From positions 32,001 to 96,000 of IMG/VR virus record IMGVR_UViG_3300028048_000066: DNA of 64,000 nucleotides; one strand, 5' to 3'. Positions 18,753 to 28,884 of the stretch are shown in pieces. Source of the stretch: a virus. Taxonomy: Duplodnaviria; Caudoviricetes. The notes under the pieces are model-generated. The model was not told the DNA's origin and searched no databases. It worked only from the letters and a program-made list of their open reading frames with translations. The stretch's first letter is position 1; each line of letters opens with the position of its first letter. The translations under genes were made by a program, and so were the position numbers.

Positions 18753-19499
18753 ATGGCAACATTTAATTTTGAAGCGTACAAACAACAAGAAAAAGAAAGA
18801 AGCAACAAGTCAAGTTCTCAAAAAGAGTTTAAGAAAGTTGGGTATCTTAATACTTTAAAAGATGATGGAGATGAAGTTATTGTAAGATTTGCTTATGATT
18901 CACCTTCACAATTTGACACAGTTACAGTTCATAGAGAACAAATTGGTAATAGATATAGTTATGTATCTTGTTTAAGAGATGCTTATGCACCACTTACAGA
19001 TTGTCCTTTATGTGCTAGAGGTGATGCTGTTACAACAAGATTCTTTGTAAAGGTAATTGCATATGAATTAGATGAAAATGGTAATGTAGTTGCAAGTGGT
19101 AAAGTATGGGATAGACCAATTTCATTTGCATACAAACTTGCTGATTTCTGTAAAGAGTATCCAGACTTATCTGATTATATCTTCAAGATTAAGAGAAGGG
19201 GTGAAAAGGGTTCAATGAAAACAGAATATGACATTATTCCTACAAACCCAAATATTTACAAACAAGACATTTATGTAAAGGATTTCTCTTGCTTTGATAA
19301 CTTTGATTTATCACACCACTCTTACTATGACAAGAGTTTTGATGAGGTAGAAAACTTTGTAAGCACTGGAAACTTTGAATCTAAAGAAGAAGCAAAGGTA
19401 CAATATCAACAACCAGTAGCACAACCACAAGTTGTCAGAGAAGTACCAAAAGAAAGACCACAAATTGACCCAACAGATAGACCAAGAAGAACTTACTAA
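18753..19499 (+). CDS. Single-stranded DNA-binding protein (gp32-like)
   Basis: LKDDG..VRF, H..C..CPLC Zn site, KIKRRGEKG..TEY; between primase and polymerase. Confidence 0.7.
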   Translation: MATFNFEAYKQQEKERSNKSSSQKEFKKVGYLNTLKDDGDEVIVRFAYDSPSQFDTVTVHREQIGNRYSYVSCLRDAYAPLTDCPLCARGDAVTTRFFVKVIAYELDENGNVVASGKVWDRPISFAYKLADFCKEYPDLSDYIFKIKRRGEKGSMKTEYDIIPTNPNIYKQDIYVKDFSCFDNFDLSHHSYYDKSFDEVENFVSTGNFESKEEAKVQYQQPVAQPQVVREVPKERPQIDPTDRPRRTY

Positions 19500-19502
19500 T
19501 AT

Positions 19503-21956
19503 ATGGATATATTTGATTTACTTGGAATAGAATCAGAAAACGATAAAGAGAAAACATCCAAGATTGTTAAGAAAATAAAAGAACCTAAAGAACTTGCTGG
19601 GAATAAAGCAATTACCAGTAAGAAACTTTCTAAAAAAGAGAAAGTAGAATTGATTAAGCAAAATGTAATCAATATTTTAGGTAAACACTTGGATGATTCT
19701 TTTGTGGTTAAAACCAAAGAAGAGTTTGTTGACTATGTTGATACTTCCATTGAGAATAATCTAATAGTAATAGACACAGAAACAAATAACAGTCTTGACC
19801 CATTAACCTGCAAGATAATGGGTTTATGTCTTTATACTCCAGGCAAGAATCAATGTTATGTCCCAGTAAACCACAGAGATGTTGATACTGATTTAAGGTT
19901 AGAGTGGCAACTCACAGAAAATGACTTAAATGAACAATTACAAAGATTAGTTGATAATAATGTAAAGATAATCTACCACAATGCGAAATTTGACTATCAA
20001 GTTCTTAAATGTACTTGTGGTGTAGAGTTACCAATATATTGGGATACAATGATTGGTGCTAGGTTGTTGAATGAGAATGAAAGTGCTGGATTAAAAGAGC
20101 AATATGTACTTCATATAGATAGTGAACAAGAAAAATATTCAATTGAGAAACTATTTGAAAAGGAAGAGTATGCAATCTTTGCCCCAGAACTATTCTCACT
20201 TTATGCCTCTACAGATGCTCTAATGACATACAAGTTATATGAGTATCAAGTTAATTTATTTAATCAAGAAGAGAATAAAGGTGTTTACAAGTTGTTTAGG
20301 GATGTTGAGATGCCTTGTATAAAAGTGGTTGCTGAGATGGAACTTACAGGCATTGCTATTGATTTAGAGTATTGTGAGAGACTATCTAATAAGTATCATA
20401 ATCAATTAGATGAGTTAAATGAACAAATCAATAAAGAACTTGATGGATTAAAGGACAAGATAAACAAATGGAAACTTACACCAGAAGCAAACGAAAAGAA
20501 AATAAGTGGTGATAAGGTTTCTAAGTCAAAGGCAGAACAATTAGAAGACCCAATCAATCTTGGAAGTCCAACTCAATTAGCAATACTTCTTTATGATGTA
20601 TTAAAGATAGAACCTGTTGATAAGTTAAAACCAAGAGGAACAGGAAAGGAAGAATTAACAAAGATTTATGATAAGACAGGATTAGAATTGTGTAATCTTT
20701 TGTTAGAGCATAAGAAACTATCCAAACTCATTGAAGCATTCTTGGATACATTACCAAAGAAAGTAAATGAGAAGACAGGAAGAATCCATTGTACTTTTAG
20801 ACAAATAGGTGCAGATACAGGTAGATTTAGTTGTACAGAACCAAACCTTCAACAAATTCCATCAAAGAACAATGAAATTAGATTGATGTTCAAGGCACAA
20901 GATGGTTATGTTTTAGTTGGAAGTGACTTCTCTCAGCAAGAACCAAGACTATTATCAAACTATTCAAGAGATGATAATATGGTTAAAGCATACCAAGAAG
21001 GCAAGGACTTATACTCAATGATTGCTTCAAAGGTATATCACAATAAGTATGAAGATAATTTGGAACACTTTGAAGATGGTAGCATCAATGAAGATGGCAA
21101 GAAGAGAAGGTCTAGTGTTAAGAGTTTACTACTTGGAATTATGTATGGAATGGGAACTGCATCAATTGCAAAGAATATTAAAGGAACATATCAAGAAGCA
21201 AAAGACATCTTGGATGGTTTTTATACAGAGTTTCCAAAAGTTAAGAAGTGGATTGATAAGACAGAAGAAGATGGAAAGAAGGTCGGATATGTAGAAGATT
21301 GGTATGGAAGGAGAAGAAGATTACCAAACTTATTACTACAACCATATGTAATTCAATATAAGGATTCATCCAAAAATTCAACCTCATTTAACCCATTCTT
21401 ATATTGTAAAGATTTAGAGTTAGAAGATACAAAGATAAAGAAATATCGTAAACTTTGTGAGAACATTAAGACACCGAAGGATTATGATGAAATTAAACAA
21501 AAGGCAGATAGAGATGGAATTTCAATACATTCAAATACCACTTTGATTGCAGAAGCAGAAAGACAATGTGTTAATGCTAGAATACAAGGCGGTGCTGCAA
21601 CAATGACAAAAGTGGCAATGATTAAGTTGTATAATGATAAGGAATTAAATGACTTAGGATTTAAGATGCTTATAGGTGTTCACGATGAATTGATTGGAGA
21701 ATGCCCTAAAGAGAATGCAGATAAAGTAGCAGATAGGTTGACTTATATTATGATGACTTGTATTGAAGATTATTGTATTGTACCATTCAAGTGCGATGCT
21801 GAAATATCTGAACATTGGTATGAAGATGTTTACAGCAGTTCAATTAGAAAAGAGTACAGTAAATTAAAAGATAAATGTGATAACCCATTTGCTGAATTGT
21901 GTAAAAATCACAAAGAATCTAGTGAAAATTTCTTAGAAAGAGTGATAAATGAGTAA
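19503..21956 (+). CDS. polA: DNA polymerase family A with 3'-5' exonuclease
   Basis: DTET, HNAKFD, YA..D exonuclease motifs; TGRFS..PNLQQIP, DFSQQEPR, K..LGIMYG, VHDE; no 5'-3' exonuclease domain. Confidence 0.95.
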   Translation: MDIFDLLGIESENDKEKTSKIVKKIKEPKELAGNKAITSKKLSKKEKVELIKQNVINILGKHLDDSFVVKTKEEFVDYVDTSIENNLIVIDTETNNSLDPLTCKIMGLCLYTPGKNQCYVPVNHRDVDTDLRLEWQLTENDLNEQLQRLVDNNVKIIYHNAKFDYQVLKCTCGVELPIYWDTMIGARLLNENESAGLKEQYVLHIDSEQEKYSIEKLFEKEEYAIFAPELFSLYASTDALMTYKLYEYQVNLFNQEENKGVYKLFRDVEMPCIKVVAEMELTGIAIDLEYCERLSNKYHNQLDELNEQINKELDGLKDKINKWKLTPEANEKKISGDKVSKSKAEQLEDPINLGSPTQLAILLYDVLKIEPVDKLKPRGTGKEELTKIYDKTGLELCNLLLEHKKLSKLIEAFLDTLPKKVNEKTGRIHCTFRQIGADTGRFSCTEPNLQQIPSKNNEIRLMFKAQDGYVLVGSDFSQQEPRLLSNYSRDDNMVKAYQEGKDLYSMIASKVYHNKYEDNLEHFEDGSINEDGKKRRSSVKSLLLGIMYGMGTASIAKNIKGTYQEAKDILDGFYTEFPKVKKWIDKTEEDGKKVGYVEDWYGRRRRLPNLLLQPYVIQYKDSSKNSTSFNPFLYCKDLELEDTKIKKYRKLCENIKTPKDYDEIKQKADRDGISIHSNTTLIAEAERQCVNARIQGGAATMTKVAMIKLYNDKELNDLGFKMLIGVHDELIGECPKENADKVADRLTYIMMTCIEDYCIVPFKCDAEISEHWYEDVYSSSIRKEYSKLKDKCDNPFAELCKNHKESSENFLERVINE

Positions 21957-22001
21957 AAATGTGGTATAATATTATATAGGAAAATAGAAAGGAGAACATA
22001 A

Positions 22002-23093
22002 ATGATATTAAAAGCAAAAGATTTTAAGAATGCCTGTAAGAGCATTTTAGATGCATTAGACACAACACTTAAAATAGAGATTAGTGAAAAACTTGAGTTG
22101 TTGTGTGGTGATAACAAGTTAGTATTAAATGTTACTAATGGAGATTACTTTGTAAGTGTGATTCTTGATGTAGAAGATGATGAAGAGTTCAAGGCAACCA
22201 TTGATGCAAAGAAGTTCTTATCGCTTATTTCAAAGATTACAACAAATGAATTAGAATTAGGTGTTGAAGGCAACGCACTTATAGTTAAAGCAAATGGTAC
22301 ATATAAGTTACCTATGAGTTGTTCTGATGGAAAACTCATTGGATTAAAACCGATTGTAATCAATAATATTACATCTGAGTTTAATATTGACAGTGACATC
22401 TTATTAAGTATATTTAACTATAACTCAAAGATGATGGATACAAAAGGTGCTTCATTAGATTCAAAGAAGAGAATGTGTTATATTGATGAACAAGGTGCGA
22501 TTACTTTCAATGTTGGTGCTTGTGTAAACAACTTCACATTAGAACAACCGGTGAAAATCTTAATCACTAACAAAGTTGTAAAGTTATTCAAACTATTCAA
22601 AGACAACTCAAGCGTACAGTTTAGTATTGGATTTGATGAAGTTAATGGTGAGGTTAAGTCAAAGGTTAAGTTTGATTCTGGTAATATTTGTATCACATCA
22701 ATTTTACCAAGTGATAATTTAAAGGCAGGTATTCCTGTTAAGGCAATTAGAAACCTTGTTGAAAACATTTATGCATACTCAATCAATATGGATAGAGTAG
22801 AACTATCACAAGCAATTGACAGACTATTATTACTTGCAGAAGACAAGAAAGATTATAAGTTTAATTTTGAATGTGATAAGTTAATAATCTCTGATTTGGA
22901 TTCTAACAGCAGTGAAGTAATATCTTATACAAATACTTCAATTGATACTCCATATGCTGCTACACTTGATTTAGAGGTCTTAAAAGCAACTTTAGATGGT
23001 TGTCAAGAACAATATCTTACAATGTATTTTGGTGATGGCAGAGCAGTTATAGTGTCACGAGGCAATGTAAAGAATATTATTCCAGAGGACTAA
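22002..23093 (+). CDS. dnaN: DNA sliding clamp (bacterial beta type)
   Basis: 363 aa; three-domain beta-clamp-like pattern (LVLNVTNG, TIDAKKFLSLISK, ELSQAIDRL); adjacent to polA, clamp loader nearby. Confidence 0.75.
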   Translation: MILKAKDFKNACKSILDALDTTLKIEISEKLELLCGDNKLVLNVTNGDYFVSVILDVEDDEEFKATIDAKKFLSLISKITTNELELGVEGNALIVKANGTYKLPMSCSDGKLIGLKPIVINNITSEFNIDSDILLSIFNYNSKMMDTKGASLDSKKRMCYIDEQGAITFNVGACVNNFTLEQPVKILITNKVVKLFKLFKDNSSVQFSIGFDEVNGEVKSKVKFDSGNICITSILPSDNLKAGIPVKAIRNLVENIYAYSINMDRVELSQAIDRLLLLAEDKKDYKFNFECDKLIISDLDSNSSEVISYTNTSIDTPYAATLDLEVLKATLDGCQEQYLTMYFGDGRAVIVSRGNVKNIIPED

Positions 23094-23094
23094 T

Positions 23095-23565
23095 ATGGCA
23101 GACAATAAAGGTAAAAAGTGGGAAGAAAAATTTAGGGAAGACTTTTTAAGGTCTATCCCTAATTCCACTATTGACAGACTATATGACACAACAAATGGGT
23201 ATTATGGTATAAAAAACATTTGTGATTTTATAGGTTATTCATACCCAAACATATACTATTTGGAGTGTAAAGAACACAAAGGTGCATCTTTTCCATTTGC
23301 TAACCTAACTCAATATGAAGACCTAGTTGAGAAGGTTGGAATTAAAGGTGTCAGAGTAGGTGTAGTCTTGTGGTTAAGTGAGAAAGATTTGGTTATGTAT
23401 GTTCCAATATCAACCATTACAAAGATTATGGAAAGTGGTGTGAAATCTGTCGGAATTAAGCAAATCAAAGATGGTTATAACATTAAGATTATACCAGCAA
23501 TAAAAAAGAGAGTATATATGGAGTGTGATTTCAGTTGTTTATTAGAACTGGAAGAAGGAGAATAA
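23095..23565 (+). CDS. recU: RecU-like Holliday junction resolvase
   Basis: NKGKKWE..CDFI..LECK..Q motif set. Confidence 0.7.
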   Translation: MADNKGKKWEEKFREDFLRSIPNSTIDRLYDTTNGYYGIKNICDFIGYSYPNIYYLECKEHKGASFPFANLTQYEDLVEKVGIKGVRVGVVLWLSEKDLVMYVPISTITKIMESGVKSVGIKQIKDGYNIKIIPAIKKRVYMECDFSCLLELEEGE

Positions 23566-24144
23566 ATGAAAACTTTTTTAGAAAATGTTGATGAAATAAC
23601 ATTAAATCGTATTGTAAAAGATACAGAAGATAATGCTGAGTGTTTTAAGATAATGTATGAAGACCAAGTAAAAAAGTATAGTGAGGGTCTTGATAATTTG
23701 ATGAAAGACATTTATTTTGACTGTGTTCAAGTAGATAATCCATCAATGAGCATAATTCAAAAGTATTATCTTGAACTAACTAATATGATTTACTTTATGA
23801 TAGAGAAGATGGAGAAGTTAGGTATCTATTCGGACTTATCTTCAAGTGCAAGTAAGGAAGCATACTCAAATTCTTATCTTGCATATAGTGATGACAAAGA
23901 TGAGAAAGGTAAGACAAGATTAACAGTTGCAGAACTACAAGCAAAAGCAAGTAATGATGCACAATATCCAGAAGTTGTAAATGCAATATATGATAGAGCA
24001 TATAAGACATTGAAAGGCAAAGTTTCATCTGCACAAGATATGGCAGACACATTGAAGAGAATTTTATACACAATGACAACAGAAATGAGTTTATCTATGT
24101 CAAGTGCTAATTATCAAAACGAGTATTTTAAAGGAGATAGATAA
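23566..24144 (+). CDS. Putative recombination mediator (UvsY-like, helical)
   Basis: Helical protein with TVAEL motif, directly upstream of recA. Confidence 0.4.
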   Translation: MKTFLENVDEITLNRIVKDTEDNAECFKIMYEDQVKKYSEGLDNLMKDIYFDCVQVDNPSMSIIQKYYLELTNMIYFMIEKMEKLGIYSDLSSSASKEAYSNSYLAYSDDKDEKGKTRLTVAELQAKASNDAQYPEVVNAIYDRAYKTLKGKVSSAQDMADTLKRILYTMTTEMSLSMSSANYQNEYFKGDR

Positions 24145-25316
24145 TGGGATTAAGTGATGTATTGAAGAAAATACAAAAAGATTATGGCGATTCAGTAGTT
24201 AAGTTTGGAGTAGATGAACTATCAGCAGATGGTATATTATCTTTAGGTAGTCCATCTTTTGACTATTGTGTTTATGGTGGTGTTCCAGAAGGTAGAATAG
24301 TTGAGTTTAGTGGTCCAGAAGGTAGTGGTAAAACCACATCTGCTTTTAGGGTTGCTGCATCTTATCAAAGAAAAGAGATTGAAAGAAATCCAGATAATCC
24401 AAGAGCAATTATCCTTTTAGACAACGAAGGAACAGCCGACCCTATTTGGGCAAAGACATTAGGTTATGATATGAGTGAAAAAGCAAAAGTTCAAACTGTT
24501 ATTATCAGACCAGAAGCACAAAGTGCAGAACAAATCTTTGATATGGCAATAGATATGTTAAAGACAGGTGAAGTTGGTTTGCTTATCTTTGACAGTATTG
24601 CAACATTAGTTCCACAACAAATCATTGATGAATCACAAGAGAAAAAACAAATGGGTGGTATTTCAAATTCATTAACAAGATTTGCAAATACTGCTGTAGG
24701 TCTTTTAAGAAAGTATAAAGCAACACTTATTGGAATTAACCAAGTAAGAGAAAATCTTAGTGGTTATGGTGATTTTTTACAAACACCTGGTGGTCGTGCT
24801 TGGAAGCATCAATGCTCTATGAGGTTGATGTTCAAGAGAGGTGATTTCTTTGATGAGGAAGGAAATAAACTCACAACAAAAGCAGAAAGTCCAGCAGGAC
24901 ATACTATTGAAGTTGCAGTATTAAAGACAAAGGTTTGCAGATGGGATAGAAAGGTTGGCACAATGTCTTTGAACTATACAAAGGGTGTAGACATTGTTGC
25001 AGACACAGTTTTAGTTGCTATCCATCTTGGTTTGATTGACAATTCAGTCCAAGGATTCTTCAAACTTCTTGACCCTGATACTAAAGAGGTCTTAATTGGT
25101 GATGATGGTAAAGAAATTAAGATTCGTGGTAAAAAGAATATCTCAACATACTTCAATGACCATCCAGATGTATTTAAGAGATTATACAACAAAGTATATG
25201 AGTTATTAGAGCAAAGAGAAAGTTCAAACTTTGATACATTTGCTAGACTTGTATATGGTGATGAAGAAGATATGAGAGAGAAGTTTAATCTTACAGATAA
25301 AGACTTTGAAGACTAA
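24144..25316 (+). CDS. recA: RecA/UvsX recombinase
   Basis: GGVPEGRIVEFSGPEGSGKTT, IFDSIA, INQVR, TPGGRA. Confidence 0.95.
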   Translation: MGLSDVLKKIQKDYGDSVVKFGVDELSADGILSLGSPSFDYCVYGGVPEGRIVEFSGPEGSGKTTSAFRVAASYQRKEIERNPDNPRAIILLDNEGTADPIWAKTLGYDMSEKAKVQTVIIRPEAQSAEQIFDMAIDMLKTGEVGLLIFDSIATLVPQQIIDESQEKKQMGGISNSLTRFANTAVGLLRKYKATLIGINQVRENLSGYGDFLQTPGGRAWKHQCSMRLMFKRGDFFDEEGNKLTTKAESPAGHTIEVAVLKTKVCRWDRKVGTMSLNYTKGVDIVADTVLVAIHLGLIDNSVQGFFKLLDPDTKEVLIGDDGKEIKIRGKKNISTYFNDHPDVFKRLYNKVYELLEQRESSNFDTFARLVYGDEEDMREKFNLTDKDFED

Positions 25317-25456
25317 TGATTATACTATTAAGTAATGCAGCACAAGTATATGAAACAGTTAAACTCAACAATAGTGCATTCCTTTCAATAGCAATATTTT
25401 TAGGATTAGCATTTATTGTTGGTTTAATTATAACAATATTTAGGAGTGGGAAATGA
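25316..25456 (+). CDS. Small membrane protein (46 aa, not in ORF track)
   Basis: MIILLSNAAQ...FLSIAIFLGLAFIVGLIITIF; TAATG and ATGA overlaps with neighbours. Confidence 0.6.
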   Translation: MIILLSNAAQVYETVKLNNSAFLSIAIFLGLAFIVGLIITIFRSGK

Positions 25457-25662
25457 AACAATATAGTAGTTTAACATTTAATAACATAGCAGAGTTTTTA
25501 CCTTTCATAGAAGTTGTTTGGAATGGTAAGGTTGTTTATAGAGATGGAAGCACTAAGGAACTAGATGAATTTTATTATGAATATGGTGATAGAATAGTTT
25601 ATGAGATAAGTATGAGAGTTGTTGATGTTCATCATCTTATAATATATGTAACTGGAGAATAA
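25453..25662 (+). CDS. Hypothetical protein
   Basis: AGGAG RBS, coupled ORF. Confidence 0.6.
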   Translation: MKQYSSLTFNNIAEFLPFIEVVWNGKVVYRDGSTKELDEFYYEYGDRIVYEISMRVVDVHHLIIYVTGE

Positions 25663-25664
25663 GT

Positions 25665-26276
25665 ATGGATAAAGAATTCAAGAGAAAAATAGGAAGAGTA
25701 AAGATAAAAAACTTCTTTAAGTATACATTAGCAAAACCATTTATATGTTTATTTAATGTTTTTTATTTTATGCGTTATCCTTTCTTACAACCAAGAAATG
25801 TGTGGACAGGGAAGAAATATTGGGATTTCAATGAATTCTGTTGTTTGCCAAGAGGTTGGAAAAAAGCATTTGGAAGACAATTAAGAAATGATTTAAGAAA
25901 AGCATTGATTAAGGATGGAATATTAAAGACTTTTTACTTTACTCAGATTAAAGAAAAATATGGTGAATTATGCTTATATAATAATGGTACAGGTGAAGCA
26001 ACAGAATATGTAATTAGACACTATGAAGAATTATCCAAGTGTTATTGTATCAAATGTGGTAAACCAGTAAGGTATATGACAACAGGATGGATTATGTATC
26101 TTTGTGAAGATTGTTTTGATGAGGTTAGTAATAAAGATAGAGATAACTATGAAGAATATAAACTTTCTCATAGATTAACAAAAGATGATATATCACATTG
26201 GGTTAGAAATGAAAATGGAGTATCAACTCAATTAGATTATGGTGTAGATTTTGAAGAATTGTGGGGATTAAAATAA
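25665..26276 (+). CDS. Hypothetical phage protein with Zn finger
   Basis: GW..QIKEKYGELCLY..CIKCG..CEDC. Confidence 0.6.
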   Translation: MDKEFKRKIGRVKIKNFFKYTLAKPFICLFNVFYFMRYPFLQPRNVWTGKKYWDFNEFCCLPRGWKKAFGRQLRNDLRKALIKDGILKTFYFTQIKEKYGELCLYNNGTGEATEYVIRHYEELSKCYCIKCGKPVRYMTTGWIMYLCEDCFDEVSNKDRDNYEEYKLSHRLTKDDISHWVRNENGVSTQLDYGVDFEELWGLK

Positions 26277-26611
26277 TGGAAAGCACAAGATATTATAGTG
26301 ATAGACAAGAAAAACAAGTGTGTAAAGATTTAGGTGCAAGACAACAACCGTCATCAGGAAGTGGAAAGTTTAGAAAAGGTGATGTTCTTGTAGAAGGGTG
26401 TTGTTTAGTAGAGTGTAAGACTTGTGAAGCACCAAAGGAGTCATTTTCTATCAAAAAATCTTGGATAGCAAAGAATAAAGAAGAATGTTTGACTCAAAGA
26501 GTATCAAATGGTGTTATAGCATTCAACTTTGGACCAGACCAAGAGAATTATTATGTAATAGACACAAAATTGATGAAGTTTTTACTAGAAAAATTGCAAG
26601 AAGAAGACTAA
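26276..26611 (+). CDS. PD-(D/E)XK nuclease / Holliday junction resolvase-like
   Basis: QE..SGSG..KGDV..VECKT. Confidence 0.7.
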   Translation: MESTRYYSDRQEKQVCKDLGARQQPSSGSGKFRKGDVLVEGCCLVECKTCEAPKESFSIKKSWIAKNKEECLTQRVSNGVIAFNFGPDQENYYVIDTKLMKFLLEKLQEED

Positions 26612-26646
26612 AAAACAAAGACCAAGAAAAAATCTTGGTTTTTTTG
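26612..26646 (+). terminator. Rho-independent terminator
   Basis: AAAGACCAAGA / TCTTGGTTTTT stem followed by T run. Confidence 0.8.
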
Positions 26647-26656
26647 TATTTTTTAC

Positions 26657-26685
26657 TTGACTTTTGTCTTTGAAAGTCGTATAAT
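26657..26685 (+). promoter_or_regulatory. Strong early sigmaA promoter
   Basis: TTGACT-N17-TATAAT. Confidence 0.85.
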
Positions 26686-26715
26686 GTAGTCAGATAAAAC
26701 ATTTAGAGGTGAAAT

Positions 26716-27738
26716 ATGACATCACAAGAACTTAAAACAAAATTGGATGCAGCAAATGAGAAAGTAGAGAAGAGAAAGAACACAATTATCAAGATTTGTA
26801 ATAAACTTGGTATTGATGTTGATAAATTTTTCAATGGTTATTACGAAGTTTCAAGTAATTTCACAAACTATTTTCCATCAAGAGAAAGTAAAGAATATGT
26901 TACTTCAATCGCAAACTATAAAGAAACTCACGATGAGTATGGTCGTTGGAATGCAGATACAGCAACAGAAAAGTTCAATGACAATCTTTCTCAACTCATT
27001 GATAATCTTCCAAAGTTGTTTGAGGTTGAACAAGTTGCAAAGAATTGGCAAGAGAAATATGACATCCAAAAGAACAAAGAGAATGCACCAAAGATTGAAG
27101 TAATTTGGGAATTCTTGAACAATTGGGAAATCAAAGCAAGAGAATGGTACAAAGAAAATGCACAATATCTCGTAGACCAAATGAATGAGTTCCATACAAT
27201 TGCTAATGACTATCTTATTGAAATTGGTTATGACATCTCTAAATATTATAATCAAGAAGAAAGAAAAGAAATTGTAAATCAATTTAATGATTACTTCTAT
27301 GAAGAATATAGAATCTATCCAAGATATAGATGGAGTGAGGTAGATGAACAAGATTGGATTAGAAAGACAAACATTGACAACTTCACAAAAGAATTGTCAA
27401 GCGTAAGATTCAATCAAAGAGATAACTATTCTTATGACCAAGTATTTGGACACTCTGCACACAAAGGTGAGTTCTATCTTTACAAATTTGATGAAGAGAA
27501 ATTAAATAAGGTTTTGGCACAAGAAAAGTTAGCAAAGTATTATGACCTTTGTAATAGAATTAGTGCAGTTGTTGGTGAAATTCAAGATGCAAGTAATTTG
27601 AGTATTGGAAGACAACACGGCGAAATCAATGGTATTGTTGTTGGTTCAAAAGGAATGGCAAGAGTTGAAACAATTAGTGCAGGCGGATACAACATTCAAT
27701 GCTTCCATTATAGAGTTCTTGTTCATAAAGTAAAATAG
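26716..27738 (+). CDS. Hypothetical early protein
   Basis: Own promoter and GAGGTG RBS; C-terminal NGIVVG..VETISAGGYNIQCFHYR. Confidence 0.65.
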   Translation: MTSQELKTKLDAANEKVEKRKNTIIKICNKLGIDVDKFFNGYYEVSSNFTNYFPSRESKEYVTSIANYKETHDEYGRWNADTATEKFNDNLSQLIDNLPKLFEVEQVAKNWQEKYDIQKNKENAPKIEVIWEFLNNWEIKAREWYKENAQYLVDQMNEFHTIANDYLIEIGYDISKYYNQEERKEIVNQFNDYFYEEYRIYPRYRWSEVDEQDWIRKTNIDNFTKELSSVRFNQRDNYSYDQVFGHSAHKGEFYLYKFDEEKLNKVLAQEKLAKYYDLCNRISAVVGEIQDASNLSIGRQHGEINGIVVGSKGMARVETISAGGYNIQCFHYRVLVHKVK

Positions 27739-27741
27739 TTG

Positions 27742-27810
27742 TTGACAAAGCAATTAAAAAGTAGTATAATATAGACAAGCAGTGAAAAACTAAAAAAATT
27801 GTGGTATAAT
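27742..27810 (+). promoter_or_regulatory. Tandem sigmaA promoters
   Basis: TTGACA-N17-TATAAT (27742-27770) and extended -10 TGTGGTATAAT (ending 27810). Confidence 0.8.
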
Positions 27811-27824
27811 ATATAGAGGTAAAT

Positions 27825-28184
27825 ATGAACAAAGAAAATATTAAGAAGTATTTTGAATTACAAGCACAAGCAGATGCTATCAAAGAAGAGATGGCACAAC
27901 TCAAAGAATCTATCGTAAATGATATGGATTCAGAAGGTGTTTCTACATATGAAGTAGATGGCATCAAAGCACAAATTGTCTCAAAAGATACATTCAAGTG
28001 TGATGATGAACTTGGTATGATTACTTATTTGAAGAATAATGGATTTGATAAGTTTGTTGTTGAAAAGATTGATACAACATCCTTAAACAAAGAACTCAAA
28101 AAAGGTCTTTCATTAAGCGAATCATTAAGTGGAATGTATACAAAGACAACAGCACCTTCATTGACAATTAAGAAGGTACTATAA
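27825..28184 (+). CDS. Hypothetical coiled-coil phage protein
   Basis: GAGGT RBS; N-terminal coiled coil. Confidence 0.6.
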   Translation: MNKENIKKYFELQAQADAIKEEMAQLKESIVNDMDSEGVSTYEVDGIKAQIVSKDTFKCDDELGMITYLKNNGFDKFVVEKIDTTSLNKELKKGLSLSESLSGMYTKTTAPSLTIKKVL

Positions 28185-28194
28185 GGAGATTTAT

Positions 28195-28884
28195 ATGTTA
28201 CAAGAAGAAGAGATTCAATTTTACAGAGAGAAATTCATTGACATCTTAAACAGCATTGAGATTGAGTTTGACAAAGAGGGTCTTATTGCATATTTAGATG
28301 AAAAGGGATTCTTTACTGCACCTGCAACAGCAACACACTCATATGCTTATGATGGTGGTTTATGTCAACATTCAATAGATGTATATGAATCACTTTCTAC
28401 ATTGTGTTTATTGGATGCAGATGGCGACTTAGACCCTAACTCAATTAAGATTGTTGGTTTGTTCCACGACCTTTATAAGATGAACTACTATGAGAAGTAT
28501 ACACAAAACAAGAAAGTATACTTTGAACAGGGCACAAAAAGAGATAATTTAGGTAAGTTTGATTGGATAGCAAGTGAGGCATTTAAAGTTAAGGATGCAG
28601 CAGATAGAATAGTTTATGGTGATGGTGCATTCACTTCATATATGCTTTTGAGTAAATTCATTCCACTTACAGATTATGAATCAGTTGCAATAGTAAACCA
28701 TAATTGTGGTATGGATAATGGATACTCAAACAAGGATTTGGGTAGCATTCTATCCTCAAATAAACTTGCTATTTATCTCCATTGTGCTGATATGATTTGT
28801 ACATATAACAAACCTTTACAAGAGTATAGAACTGAATGTGTAGAGGAAGAAGATGAACAAGATAGTGGAACAACAACTGAATAA
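28195..28884 (+). CDS. HD-domain phosphohydrolase
   Basis: FFTAPA..GGLCQHS..FHDLYK..H..LHCAD. Confidence 0.85.
   Translation: MLQEEEIQFYREKFIDILNSIEIEFDKEGLIAYLDEKGFFTAPATATHSYAYDGGLCQHSIDVYESLSTLCLLDADGDLDPNSIKIVGLFHDLYKMNYYEKYTQNKKVYFEQGTKRDNLGKFDWIASEAFKVKDAADRIVYGDGAFTSYMLLSKFIPLTDYESVAIVNHNCGMDNGYSNKDLGSILSSNKLAIYLHCADMICTYNKPLQEYRTECVEEEDEQDSGTTTE

Noticed and set aside
9421-25316. Introns/inteins in nrdD, dnaB, polA or recA
   Set aside because: Genes have normal lengths and continuous motifs; the PolA insertion lacks intein C..HN/C termini.
21022-27103. Nested + strand ORFs 21022..21294, 26485..26673, 26807..27103
   Set aside because: Out-of-frame shadows inside better genes, with no RBS support.
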